64,000 bases of DNA. It comes from Longimicrobiales bacterium (lineage in GTDB: Bacteria; Gemmatimonadota; Gemmatimonadetes; Longimicrobiales; Gaopeijiaceae). Positions 39,701 through 49,624 of this stretch are shown one piece after another (positions within the stretch are counted from its first letter, which is position 1; the number at the start of each line of letters is the position of its first letter). The stretch spans positions 1-64,000 of the forward strand of contig CBDCKN010000012.1 of NCBI GenBank assembly GCA_965218295.1, given 5' to 3'. Below the pieces are notes generated by a model. That model did not search any database. It had not been told where the DNA came from and saw only the letters and a list, made by a program, of their open reading frames with translations. A program made the position numbers and the translations under genes.

Positions 39701-40371
39701 GGTATATCTCCCTGGTCTTGGCTCTCTATTTCCTGTTCGTTTTCCTGTTTGTCTTCCTGTTCGTTTTCCTGTTCGCTCCTGAGTGTCGCGGCCACCTCCT
39801 CGAGCGCTCGAGCGAGCGCTTCCCGTGCGGCCGGGTTCGCGACCGTCTCCGGTGGGACGTCCAGACTCGCCCCGCCGGGAAGCTCGACCCGCCGGACCGT
39901 CCGGCCCGCTAAGGGTCCCGGCGCCGGGGCGCCCATCGAGGCACGTGGCGGAGCTTCACTCGGCTCGGGCGGCAGGGTGATACCCTCCGCCCCGCCCTCA
40001 CTGGTCCGCGAGGGGTCCGAATCCTGACCGAGGAGGAGCCGGAGGACGGACCCATCGTCTGCACCCTCGAGCGTGCTGCTGATCCGCGTGAGCGTGTGAT
40101 GCTCCGTCTGGAGCTTCTTGATGAGAAGCAGCCTCATGAGGTGGGCGCCCCCGTAGCGGGCTCGCCCTCCCTCGTAGCCGCTCGCCCGGGGCAGAAGCCC
40201 TCGGGTGACGTAGTACCGGATCGTCCGGACGTCTGGACGGTCTGTGACCTTGTAGCGCGTTTGGCGGTCGGCGACTACGGGCAGCAGCCGATCAGCCTCG
40301 TCCACGAGGTCGTCGATCGTCATTCCCTGGCGGGACTGAAGCTCCTGAAGCACGTCGCGCAGCTCGTTCAT
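39697..40371 (-). CDS. MerR-type HTH regulator
   Basis: PDVRTIRYYVTRGLLP...RYGGAHLMRLLLIKKLQ; stop overlaps the A2M-like start (ATGA); 12-bp EQEN repeats at the C-terminus. Confidence 0.82.
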   Translation of the reverse strand: MNELRDVLQELQSRQGMTIDDLVDEADRLLPVVADRQTRYKVTDRPDVRTIRYYVTRGLLPRASGYEGGRARYGGAHLMRLLLIKKLQTEHHTLTRISSTLEGADDGSVLRLLLGQDSDPSRTSEGGAEGITLPPEPSEAPPRASMGAPAPGPLAGRTVRRVELPGGASLDVPPETVANPAAREALARALEEVAATLRSEQENEQEDKQENEQEIESQDQGDIP

Positions 40372-40377
40372 GCTTCG

Positions 40378-40406
40378 ATTATAGTATATAGTGTGAATAC
40401 TGTCAA
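40378..40406 (-). promoter_or_regulatory. Consensus sigma70 promoter, probably giving a leaderless mRNA
   Basis: TTGACA-N17-TATAAT, then 6 nt, then ATG. Confidence 0.85.
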
Positions 40407-40547
40407 CCGTAAGGCGTGGCGAGGTGACCCTAACAGCGTCGTAGTCAGAGGAGCCCCGGATGTGACAGGGGGGACGAGACAGGGTCGGCGACGCCGTAAT
40501 GCTCGGCCTGGTGCGAAACCCGTGACCGGGCGAATCCGGGGGTCTCG

Positions 40548-42833
40548 CTAGCGCCCTGCCCGGTCGGCCTCCTCCTCGGTCTCCACGAGTCGACCCGTGG
40601 TAAGCTCCAGCACCAACCTGTCGCTGTCGTAGATCTCGTCGAGGGCCTCCAGGATGGCACGCACGTCGACCGCGACGGACCGGTTCAGCTCCGGAAGGTA
40701 GATGTAGTCGCCCGGCAGGCTCTCGATGTTGCCGTCGAAGACCACGCCGACCACCTCGAGCTCCTGGTCCAGAACCGGCGCACCGGAGTTGCCGCCGATG
40801 ATGTCGGCGGTCGAGACGAAGTTGATCGGCGTCGAGAGATCGAGCGTCTCCCGCGTGTCCAGCCAGCGGTCCGGGAGTGCCCAGTCATCGTCACCCGCGT
40901 GCGAGTAGTGGCGGTCGTACAGGCCGTAGATCGTGGTGAACGCCGGCGCCCGGGTGCCGTTGTAGTCGTATCCGGTCACGACCCCGTCGGCGATCCTGAG
41001 CGAGAAGGTCGCGTCGGGCGGCTCATCGGTCCCGTAGATCTCGAAGCGGGCCCGACCCAGCTCGGCAGCGATCTCCTCCTCCTGCGGGAAGACAGACGCG
41101 ACGATCTGCTGGAACTGGGCGAAGGTAGGCAGATAGGCGCGCACGATCCCGAGCGCGGGGTCGGCCATGGTCAACGTGTTGTTCTCGATCGCGGCGGCCG
41201 CGGCCGCCGAGTCTTGGAGCTGCGACCCACTGACCACGGCAGCGGCCCGGGCCTCGACGCTCATGCCCTGCAGCACTGCCGTGGAGAGCGGTGAGCGGTC
41301 ACCGTAGGAGTGCGTGAAGTCGTGGAACCGTGCCTCGACGAAGGCCTGGTCGAGCTGGGGAGCCTGATCTGGGACGCCTTGCAGCCGCTCCATGAGGCTT
41401 TCGATCGCCTCGGCGGGAGCGCCCCTCTGTCGTGCGCTCAGGATCTGAAAGGCGATGAGGGCGCGATGCAGCGTGGACGACGCCATATCGGGACTCGACA
41501 GCGCGAGGAAGGCGCCGAAGCCGGGCGCCTGTGCGCGCTTCTGATCCTGTTGCTCGGCCATATCGGCGATCAGCGATCCGTAACGGCCAGAGAGCGCCGG
41601 ATCGGCGTCGATCGCCGCCTGGAAGTCCCGTTCGGTGTCCTTGCGGCGCGCAATGATGATCGGGTCCTCGAGGCCGCGCACTTGCCCCGTATACGCCTTC
41701 AAGGAGTTCGACAAGCTGAAATACGTATTCCTGAGATCTCGCTCCTCGGCGTCCTCCGGAAACTCCTTGATGTATGAGTCGAGGGCCTCCATCCGGGAGC
41801 GCAGCAGGTCGAGGATCGCGCGGTCGTTCACGTCTCGGCGGAACTCGAGCTCGGCCACGGTTTGGAGTCGGCTGGTCGAGCCGGGATTGCCGACGATGAA
41901 GATGGGATCGCCCTCCTCCAGACCGTCGTCGTCGAATTGGAAGTAGTTCTCGGTCGACAGCGGCTGCCCGTCGTCGTCATAAATGCGGAAGAAGGAGAAG
42001 TCGAGGTTGTAGCGGGGGTAGGTGAAGTTGTCGAGGTCGCCACCGAAGAATCCGATCTGCAGTTCGGGCACGATGACGAGCTTCGCGTTCGTGTAGCGGC
42101 GGAAGACATACGCGGACGTGCGCCCGCCGTTGTACAGCGAGATCATCTCGACCACGTGCCCGGAGTCCTCACCACCCCGCTCCTCCAAGATACGCGCCTC
42201 GATCTCTTCGAGGAGGCTCTCGCGCCGCTCCACCCGCTGCGCGGCAGGAAGCGCGTCCAGCGTCGAGTTCACCTCGTCGGTGGCGTCGACGATGTCGACG
42301 AGCTGGTCGGCCTGGAAGTCTTCCAGGAACCGCTCGTCGGCGAGATCCCGCGTCACCAGGCCGTCGTCGAGAAGCGACTCCCCGTCGCCCGAGACCTGCG
42401 AGACGAACTCGCGCGCGCAGTGGTGGTTGGACAGGACGAGTCCGTTCGGAGAGACGAAGGAAGCCGAGCAGTTCGAGAGACGCAGCGAGCCGAGTCGGGC
42501 CTTCTCGAACCATGCGTCGTCCGGACGGAATCCGTACGTCTCCTCGAGGTAGTCGACCGGGGGAAGCTCGAAGGTCCACATCTTCCCCTGGTCGAAGCGG
42601 CTGGCCTGGACCGTGTCGAGGTCGACCCCGTACACGAAGGGCTGAGGCTTGGCGGTCTGAGGCGGAGCTTCGGCAACCACCTCCGCCGATCGGTCCGCAG
42701 GATCGGGGTCGACTACCGGTGCCGGCGGGGGAGCCGGTGTGGCGGCCCCACCGCAGGCGGCCATGAAGAGAACTCCGCCGAGGCAGGTCAGGACACGCGA
42801 ACGCTCACCCAAAGTACCCATCGACTCCATCAT
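40548..42833 (-). CDS. S46 family dipeptidyl peptidase, probable lipoprotein
   Basis: GKMWTF, CSASFVSPNGLVLSNHHC, FGGDLDNFTYPR, DIIGGNSG. Confidence 0.93.
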   Translation of the reverse strand: MMESMGTLGERSRVLTCLGGVLFMAACGGAATPAPPPAPVVDPDPADRSAEVVAEAPPQTAKPQPFVYGVDLDTVQASRFDQGKMWTFELPPVDYLEETYGFRPDDAWFEKARLGSLRLSNCSASFVSPNGLVLSNHHCAREFVSQVSGDGESLLDDGLVTRDLADERFLEDFQADQLVDIVDATDEVNSTLDALPAAQRVERRESLLEEIEARILEERGGEDSGHVVEMISLYNGGRTSAYVFRRYTNAKLVIVPELQIGFFGGDLDNFTYPRYNLDFSFFRIYDDDGQPLSTENYFQFDDDGLEEGDPIFIVGNPGSTSRLQTVAELEFRRDVNDRAILDLLRSRMEALDSYIKEFPEDAEERDLRNTYFSLSNSLKAYTGQVRGLEDPIIIARRKDTERDFQAAIDADPALSGRYGSLIADMAEQQDQKRAQAPGFGAFLALSSPDMASSTLHRALIAFQILSARQRGAPAEAIESLMERLQGVPDQAPQLDQAFVEARFHDFTHSYGDRSPLSTAVLQGMSVEARAAAVVSGSQLQDSAAAAAAIENNTLTMADPALGIVRAYLPTFAQFQQIVASVFPQEEEIAAELGRARFEIYGTDEPPDATFSLRIADGVVTGYDYNGTRAPAFTTIYGLYDRHYSHAGDDDWALPDRWLDTRETLDLSTPINFVSTADIIGGNSGAPVLDQELEVVGVVFDGNIESLPGDYIYLPELNRSVAVDVRAILEALDEIYDSDRLVLELTTGRLVETEEEADRAGR

Positions 42834-43076
42834 GCACCTCGTCGGATTCTACAGGAAGGCAAACCAATACCCTTTGACGGGTCGGGATAACGTGAGGGCC
42901 ATGACCAACCCGGTCAACATGAGGTCTCGCCTGGCGTTCGGGGGTCAAGCGGGCGCTGATACCGAAGCCTACACCGCCTCGCCCAACCGCGCCGACAGTC
43001 GAGGAGATCAACCTTCTACTTGCGTGTTGGGCTGCGCGAACGGGATGTTGAGCCCGTAAGCATTCAGGAGGTGACG

Positions 43077-44579
43077 ATGGAACGAAGGCGATTCCTCGGC
43101 CTGGGGGGCGTGGCCGCGCTCGGCGCAGGCCATCCTGCACTGGGCGCGATCCTTTCCGGCCCCGTGTCGGGCGGCCACGGAGCGTCGTCGGTCACCCGCT
43201 CGAGACAACCCGACCCCCGCTTCGACGAGATCAGCAATCTGATCGAAGCCAAGATGGCCGAGTACCGGATCACTGGCGTCGCCTTCGGTCTCTCGAAGAA
43301 GGGCGCGTCGCAGCTGCGCGGCTTCGGGCTCACGAACATCGACAATCCGCAGCCGGTCACGCCCGACACCGTCTTCCCGATCGCGTCGATCTCGAAGACG
43401 GTCGTGGGCACGGCGATGATGCGACTGCACGATCAGGGTTTGGTCGATGTCGAGGCGCCCGTGCGGGAGTACATCACCGACTTCCAGGTCGGCGACGCGG
43501 CGGCGACGCGTGACGTACGCATCTGGCACCTGCTGACGCACACGCCGGGCTGGGAGGGCCAGCTCGACACGCCCGATCGCGGCTCAGCCACGCTGGCGAA
43601 CCTCACAGAAGGGCTCCGGGACCTTCCGCAGCTCGCCAGACCGGGGGAGGTGTGGAGTTACAACAACGCCGGGTGGGGCGTGGCCGGGCGCGTGATCGAG
43701 GTCGTGACGGACAGCACGATCAGCGACGCATTGTACGCCCTCGTCTTCGAGCCGCTAGCGCTCGACCGGGCCTTCTCGCAGACCGGCGAAGCGATGTCGT
43801 ACCGCTTCGCAGCCCCGCATCGAGAACAAGGTGGCCGGACGGTCGCTACCCACGCATTCCAGCTGTACCCGAACGTCGCGGCAGGTGGCTGCGCGATGAG
43901 CCTCGAGAACATGATCCGCTACCTGGAGTTCCACCTCGGCGACGGAACAACCCCGGACGGCGCACGCCTCCTCTCCCGGCCATCGCTAGAAGCGATGCGG
44001 ACGGCGCGCATCCAGAAGAACAGCTCGACGGACGAGATGGGCCTCGGTTGGCATCTGCGCACGCTCAACGGTGTGCTGACGGGACAGCACGGAGGCACGC
44101 TCGGTGGCCACTGTCTCCATGCGCAGCTCGTGCCGGAGCGGAATCTCTGCTTCTCGATCCTCACGAACCACCGGGACGGGTGGCGGCTCAACGAGGACGT
44201 AGCGACGGTCATCCTCGACACGTACGAGGGGCTCGCGCTCGCTCCGGGTCAGATGACCGGCGGGAACCGGGGCGGAAACGAGCGGATGACGTACCATGCC
44301 GAGCCGGTGTCCCCGCAGCCGGAGCTCGGCGAATACGTCGGCCTCTACCGAAGGCCTCCGATCGGTGAGGTCGACATCCGCGTCGAGGGCGGACGCCTCA
44401 TGGTCGGCCAGAGACCGAGCCACTACCCCCTCGTCTTCTGGGGACCCGACGTGACGTACGCGACCGGTCCCGGCGCCTTCGTGGGCATGGCCGTCGAGTT
44501 CATCCGAGACGAGAGCGGCGCCGTGACGTGGGTGCGAGTGAACGGACGGATCGCGAGGAAGGAAGGGCTAGGAGGATGA
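43077..44579 (+). CDS. Serine hydrolase (beta-lactamase class C-like), Tat-exported
   Basis: RRRFL Tat motif; SISK, LLTHT, YNN, HGG. Confidence 0.9.
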   Translation: MERRRFLGLGGVAALGAGHPALGAILSGPVSGGHGASSVTRSRQPDPRFDEISNLIEAKMAEYRITGVAFGLSKKGASQLRGFGLTNIDNPQPVTPDTVFPIASISKTVVGTAMMRLHDQGLVDVEAPVREYITDFQVGDAAATRDVRIWHLLTHTPGWEGQLDTPDRGSATLANLTEGLRDLPQLARPGEVWSYNNAGWGVAGRVIEVVTDSTISDALYALVFEPLALDRAFSQTGEAMSYRFAAPHREQGGRTVATHAFQLYPNVAAGGCAMSLENMIRYLEFHLGDGTTPDGARLLSRPSLEAMRTARIQKNSSTDEMGLGWHLRTLNGVLTGQHGGTLGGHCLHAQLVPERNLCFSILTNHRDGWRLNEDVATVILDTYEGLALAPGQMTGGNRGGNERMTYHAEPVSPQPELGEYVGLYRRPPIGEVDIRVEGGRLMVGQRPSHYPLVFWGPDVTYATGPGAFVGMAVEFIRDESGAVTWVRVNGRIARKEGLGG

Positions 44580-44676
44580 GCGCAGCTCCTGTGACCCGAC
44601 CCTCATCCGCCTTGCCGGCGTTACTTCTTGATCTTAGGCCGCGGACTGTGGGGTCATAAAGTCAGATCTTCCGTGC

Positions 44677-45912
44677 TCACCATACATGGTTCCACATTCG
44701 TTCAGAGATGGGGCTGGCCCCCCCACGACCGAGCATTCCCCCGCAACTGTAGGTCAGCGTGAGATCACCGCTGATCTTGTTCCCGACCACCCAATTCTCA
44801 CTACCAAAAGGATTGGGGTCGTCTCGGCAGATCAGTTGGCCGAACATCACGGGCTTGCCGGAGACTTCGCATTGGGAGCCGGCGTAGACCAGCCCCTCGA
44901 AGTTCTGCTCGCCTCCCGACGGGCTTCCGTTCAGCTTCACGTCTCCCTCGGCCACGATGAGAATGCTGTCCGAGTGGGCCGGGACCATGTAGGGATCCCC
45001 CGGAATCGTTACCGACTTGGTCGTCAGGATCGTGATGGCCAGGGGAGTGCTGGGCGAGCCGAGTTGGCTCGTCATCTCTGCGTTGCCGTCCATGCAATAG
45101 ACGCCGGGCGCGACGTTGTCGTTGTCCGTCGTGTACGTGCCTCCGCTCCACTTCCAACCCCACCAAGTTCCGGTCGCGAGGTTTCTGGTGGTCATGGTGG
45201 CGACCTGGGTACCCAAATTGCCGGCGAAGATGTAATCCGCTTCGCCGCAATAGTCGTCGGGATCGAGATCGGGGATGGGCAGCTCGGGCGCGTCGGACGT
45301 TGGAGTGACCGGGTTCCATAGCATGTCCTGCAATGTGCCCCCAACCGATGCCGTGCCGGAGCTACTCACGTTGCCGTCTACGGCTACCGTCGAGGTCCCG
45401 CTAATATCGAGGTCGCCGTTGGAGTGGATATTCGGGCACTGCCCTTTGATGGTCGGGTTGCTTGACAGCGCCGCGTCACCTCCGAAGACGAGGGCGGCAG
45501 CGAGCCCGACCCTGCTCCTTACGATGATGCCGATCCGGCGCCTTCCCCCGTTGAGCCCAGGGCTCCGAGCTGTGGACTCGACGGTGTAGAGCTTGTCGGA
45601 CGCGTCACCACCGTCGATGCGGCGGTATACGAGCTGGTAGCTACAGCGGTTCTCGATCGTCGTCCACGACCCCACGAGGCTGTCTCCCGGGCCGGCCATC
45701 AACGTGTCCATGGCCGGCTGGTCCCAGTTCGAAACAGCGCTGTGGATGCCCGCTTCGGCGGCGTAGAACGCCTGATTGGAGTGGGTCACGGCCTCTGCCG
45801 AGAGGATCTCGTCGCGGGAGCTCTGGAGCGCCGCGCCGCCAATCATGCCCAGCAGCACCAGCGCGAAGACCGCAATCGGCAGGGCGAAACCCGCGTCGCG
45901 GGTCCGGACCAT
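44677..45912 (-). CDS. PilX-like type IV pilus minor pilin
   Basis: GFALPIAV.. N-terminus without E5, QAFYAAEAGI. Confidence 0.8.
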   Translation of the reverse strand: MVRTRDAGFALPIAVFALVLLGMIGGAALQSSRDEILSAEAVTHSNQAFYAAEAGIHSAVSNWDQPAMDTLMAGPGDSLVGSWTTIENRCSYQLVYRRIDGGDASDKLYTVESTARSPGLNGGRRRIGIIVRSRVGLAAALVFGGDAALSSNPTIKGQCPNIHSNGDLDISGTSTVAVDGNVSSSGTASVGGTLQDMLWNPVTPTSDAPELPIPDLDPDDYCGEADYIFAGNLGTQVATMTTRNLATGTWWGWKWSGGTYTTDNDNVAPGVYCMDGNAEMTSQLGSPSTPLAITILTTKSVTIPGDPYMVPAHSDSILIVAEGDVKLNGSPSGGEQNFEGLVYAGSQCEVSGKPVMFGQLICRDDPNPFGSENWVVGNKISGDLTLTYSCGGMLGRGGASPISERMWNHVW

Positions 45913-45955
45913 CGGGGTGTCCGTGAGGCCGGCGGCCGGCTCGCCGCCGCTCTTG

Positions 45956-45981
45956 GAGGAGGCTCTGTGAGGAGGCTCTGT
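45956..45981. repeat. Exact 13-bp tandem duplication (GAGGAGGCTCTGT x2)
   Basis: Seen directly, between the ATG at 46012 and the pilX ORF. Confidence 0.9.
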
Positions 45982-46034
45982 AATGTATCCACGTGGTGCG
46001 GGGTCTCGGCATCTGCTCTATTCTCCTGAACACT

Positions 46035-46898
46035 CTAGTTGTTGCGCAGGCTCACCGTGAGGCGGAGCGTGTCCGCGAGGTTACCCGAGCTCACGTAGGC
46101 GGACAGGTCCTCACGGCTCTCGGCCTTGAGGAGGATCTCGACGGTGGCGACGTCCGACGGCGTGGCGGTCACGGCGCCATTCACGTCGTAGTAGTGGAAG
46201 ACCAACCCGCTGTCGGCGGGACTCATGAGCGGGCCGGCCAGCCTCTCCGGATCGATGGCTCCCGAGACTCTCTGCACCAGCCAGTATCTCCCGCTCACCT
46301 CCTCGAGACCGAACTGGACCGGGTGGAAGGCGCGGATGGGCGAGCCCACCAAGAGGCTGTCGATGATGGTTGGCGCGCCCGCCAGGTCGATGGCGACCTC
46401 AGGGTTGGGCGCGCTGGTCGTGTCGCTCCAGAAGCAGTCTGGAGTCTTGGTGGCCAATCCCGATGTCGTGGTATCCGTGGCCGCCACCGTTACGATGTTC
46501 CAATCGTCGTTCTGAATGGAGTAGATCAGCACACTGTCGCTTGCGGTGAACTGTCCGGATACGTCGTGAATGCCCAGCCACTGGGTGCTCGTGGAGCAGA
46601 TGATCCCGCCGGCGTGGACCGCCCTCATGGTTACACTGTTCGTACCGAGGGTCGTCAGGTCGCCCCCCGTGGCGGACACTTCCTGGATGGCCCACGACAG
46701 CATGCTGGCTCCCGTACGTAGGCTTACCTGAGTTCCCAGCTTGGCGCTTTGCACGGTATACAGGGCCACCTGAGAACTGAGGATCGCGAACGCCCCGGCC
46801 GCGAGCAGACTGGCCACCGCTAGTGTGACTAGCAACTCCACCAATGTGAATCCTCCAACGCCGGCGGGGATCACTGAACGATGTCGGGTGGCGCTCAT
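46035..46898 (-). CDS. PilW-like minor pilin
   Basis: GFTLVELL prepilin motif; C-terminal VSLRN. Confidence 0.85.
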   Translation of the reverse strand: MSATRHRSVIPAGVGGFTLVELLVTLAVASLLAAGAFAILSSQVALYTVQSAKLGTQVSLRTGASMLSWAIQEVSATGGDLTTLGTNSVTMRAVHAGGIICSTSTQWLGIHDVSGQFTASDSVLIYSIQNDDWNIVTVAATDTTTSGLATKTPDCFWSDTTSAPNPEVAIDLAGAPTIIDSLLVGSPIRAFHPVQFGLEEVSGRYWLVQRVSGAIDPERLAGPLMSPADSGLVFHYYDVNGAVTATPSDVATVEILLKAESREDLSAYVSSGNLADTLRLTVSLRNN

Positions 46899-47269
46899 TA
46901 GTTCTCAATATCAGCGGCGTAGGTTACGAAGGTGTCCACCGTCATGCCGCCGAGAACGGAGGGACGTTCTATGGCGAGGACGACGACCTTGGGCGCCGTA
47001 CCCGAGACCGTCCAGCTGATCGGAAATCCCCACACCGTGTCCGAGCCCGAATCGACGCTGTCGTACGGAAGCGAGCGCAGCGTCTCCATCTGGTACTGCG
47101 CCACCGCCGCCGCCTCGGTGATGATCTCTCCGGCCTTGGCCTGTTGCCTGGCCACGAGCGTGTACTGGGCGGCGGCAAGGGCTCCGATCGTGAAAACGAG
47201 CAAGGCGATCAGCACCTCCACGATGGAGACACCAGCCTCGGGCCCCGACGTCCTCGTGCGGGTACTCAT
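46898..47269 (-). CDS. PilV-like minor pilin
   Basis: GVSIVEVLIAL prepilin motif. Confidence 0.8.
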   Translation of the reverse strand: MSTRTRTSGPEAGVSIVEVLIALLVFTIGALAAAQYTLVARQQAKAGEIITEAAAVAQYQMETLRSLPYDSVDSGSDTVWGFPISWTVSGTAPKVVVLAIERPSVLGGMTVDTFVTYAADIEN

Positions 47270-47757
47270 GGAGAGGCCTTGAACAGCAGCCCCGACGCGG
47301 TTGCGCTCATCGAGTCCGACGAGCTTCCACGGGAGAATGCGATAGCGAGAGATCCCTGAGTCGGACATCCAGCAGCGGCGGCGATGAGTCCCCGCGGGTC
47401 GAAGCAAAGCAAAGACCTGGTGGCCCTCAAGTCCACCTGGTTCTCGCTCAAGTCGACAACGCGGCCTATGGTATCCATGATGCCGGAGCCGGAGGCCGTC
47501 GTATCGATCTGGACCCAGAACCGATCCGTGGAAGCGTCGATATGAAGTTCGGCTACAGCGCCGAATCGCACCGCCGTAGTGCGCGCCTTCTGATGCGCCG
47601 ACGTGAACTGATCGGCAGCCCCCCTTGTCGCAAACTGGTCCCAGGCATCCGTCCGACGAAGGGTGATTCCAGCCAGGAGCCCGACAACACTGATCACGAT
47701 CATCAACTCCAGGAGGGTGAATCCAGACTGCTTCATGCGCTTCTGCCGCCTTTTCAT
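47266..47757 (-). CDS. FimT/FimU (GspH)-like minor pilin
   Basis: GFTLLELMIV, ARTTAV, CFDPRG, ATASG. Confidence 0.82.
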   Translation of the reverse strand: MKRRQKRMKQSGFTLLELMIVISVVGLLAGITLRRTDAWDQFATRGAADQFTSAHQKARTTAVRFGAVAELHIDASTDRFWVQIDTTASGSGIMDTIGRVVDLSENQVDLRATRSLLCFDPRGLIAAAAGCPTQGSLAIAFSRGSSSDSMSATASGLLFKASP

Positions 47758-48023
47758 CTTCGTCCTACTTTTTTTGGACCGATCGGATGTCGAGTTGAAC
47801 TCCTTACCGAGATCGACACTCATATCCGTTCGTTCGCAGAGCCGATGGGGGGGCTCGGCGGACTATTCGCGAGATCCGTGCCATGTGGAAAACTCGATCC
47901 CTACGGCCTTTTGCCCTGGAATCGCCCCATTATCGAGCAAACTTTTCCCCGGCACCGGGAAAAGTATCCCGTCAAGAGAGATCATCTTCGGCCTCCGAAC
48001 CTCGCCGAGCTGCTCGCCGGAGA

Positions 48024-48061
48024 GGCGTACGTATCTTTACATCGTGAACATACGTACGAGG
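48024..48061 (+). repeat. 38-bp AT-rich palindromic site, copy 1
   Basis: GGCGTACGTATCTTTACATCGTGAACATACGTACGAGG; 35/38 identical to the revcomp of 60366..60403. Confidence 0.85.
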
Positions 48062-48206
48062 GTTTCGGCCTCAATGATGTGCCGCGATCGGGGGTGGCTT
48101 ATTGAGACCCTTTTGTCACCGTGAGTGTCACCGCGACCTCCGCAGACCCACAACGACAGAGGTCCCACAGGGCTGGAAAGCCTTACGGGACCTCATCTTC
48201 TTCTAG

Positions 48207-48305
48207 TACGCCCGACAGGATTGACGTCGCTACGCTCCGTCGTCTCGGCGATTCACATCTGGGTCGCATAGCGAAGAACCATCCTGACGCCTCGGCTCGA
48301 ACCTG
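48207..48305 (-). repeat. Duplicated tRNA-Arg 3' end interrupted by a 75-bp insert
   Basis: TACGCCCGACAGGATT + 75 bp + CGAACCTG versus tRNA TACGCCCGACAGGATTCGAACCTG. Confidence 0.8.
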
Positions 48306-48330
48306 AGGACCCGAATCCGCACCAGGTCCT

Positions 48331-48372
48331 ATTGAAGAGGGCCCCAGGGCTTTGCCCCGGGACCCTCTTCAA

Positions 48373-48373
<1 letters not shown>
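48331..48373 (-). terminator. Hairpin directly 3' of tRNA-Arg
   Basis: ATTGAAGAGGG...CCCTCTTCAAT inverted repeat; no U-tract. Confidence 0.5.
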
Positions 48374-48446
<73 letters not shown>

Positions 48447-48452
48447 GACAAC

Positions 48453-48833
<381 letters not shown>

Positions 48834-48944
48834 TACGAGCCAGTGCGGACGAAAGAGCCGGCGCCGAAGCGTCGGATCTCGAACCGCGTAGGCACGTTCT
48901 AACTCTAAACGCAACCGCGATTTGGAACAACGACCGACCAGTGA

Positions 48945-49556
48945 TCAGAAGGTCCAGAACAACCCCACGGTCGCCTCGTTATTGGAGTAGGTGACGACCT
49001 CGTGGTTGTCCTCACGGAACCGGTATTCACCTCTGATCCCCAGGTGGTCAGTAATCCAAATACGAAGGCCGAACGGGAACGAGAAGGTGTTCCGGGAGAA
49101 TCGCCTTCCTTCGGAGTCGTCGTCGACCCGCGCGAACAGGCCCGCGGAGATACCGCCGTACGGCTCCACTCGGCCCATGGTGTGGCGCGCCTGGAAGCCC
49201 GCCGTGAGGGTGAAGAGATTGGCGCTCTTGGTGGGCAGCGACGGGTCGAAGACGAATCCCTCATCCTGCTGCACGTCAGGACGGCTGTAGGACGTCTCGA
49301 TTTCGAGCCGGATATACTCGCTCATAGAGTGATCGGCCCTGACCGAGAAGATGGGGAAGCTCTCGTCATCGGACGGCTCGTAGCTCAGGATTCCCCCGAC
49401 GACCGAAATAGTCCAGCTCTCACTGAGGGGTCCCGGGTCCAACGTTTGAGCCGAAAGTGGTGATCCGAAGAGCAGGATCGCCGCTGCGGCGAATCCGGTG
49501 GCGGACCGGCCAGGGACCTGAAACGGAGTACGTAGGGAGACGGTCACAGCGTTCAC
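48945..49556 (-). CDS. Outer membrane beta-barrel protein (OmpA-like, 8 strands); start uncertain
   Basis: Signal peptide, EPYGGISAG, amphipathic strands, terminal Phe. Confidence 0.75.
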   Translation of the reverse strand: MNAVTVSLRTPFQVPGRSATGFAAAAILLFGSPLSAQTLDPGPLSESWTISVVGGILSYEPSDDESFPIFSVRADHSMSEYIRLEIETSYSRPDVQQDEGFVFDPSLPTKSANLFTLTAGFQARHTMGRVEPYGGISAGLFARVDDDSEGRRFSRNTFSFPFGLRIWITDHLGIRGEYRFREDNHEVVTYSNNEATVGLFWTF

Positions 49557-49624
49557 GTTGGACGTTCTGATGAGGGATCGTTTCGTTCGCGGAGCTAGGA
49601 GCGGAGCGTTCAGACTCCGGGCGG

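Noticed and set aside
39725..39778. 12-bp repeat as a regulatory element
   Set aside because: In-frame low-complexity EQEN repeats in the MerR C-terminal tail
42981..43032. attC-like site GCCCAAC...GTTGGGC
   Set aside because: Only 52 bp, no clear L boxes, no cassette array or integron integrase; probably a chance hairpin
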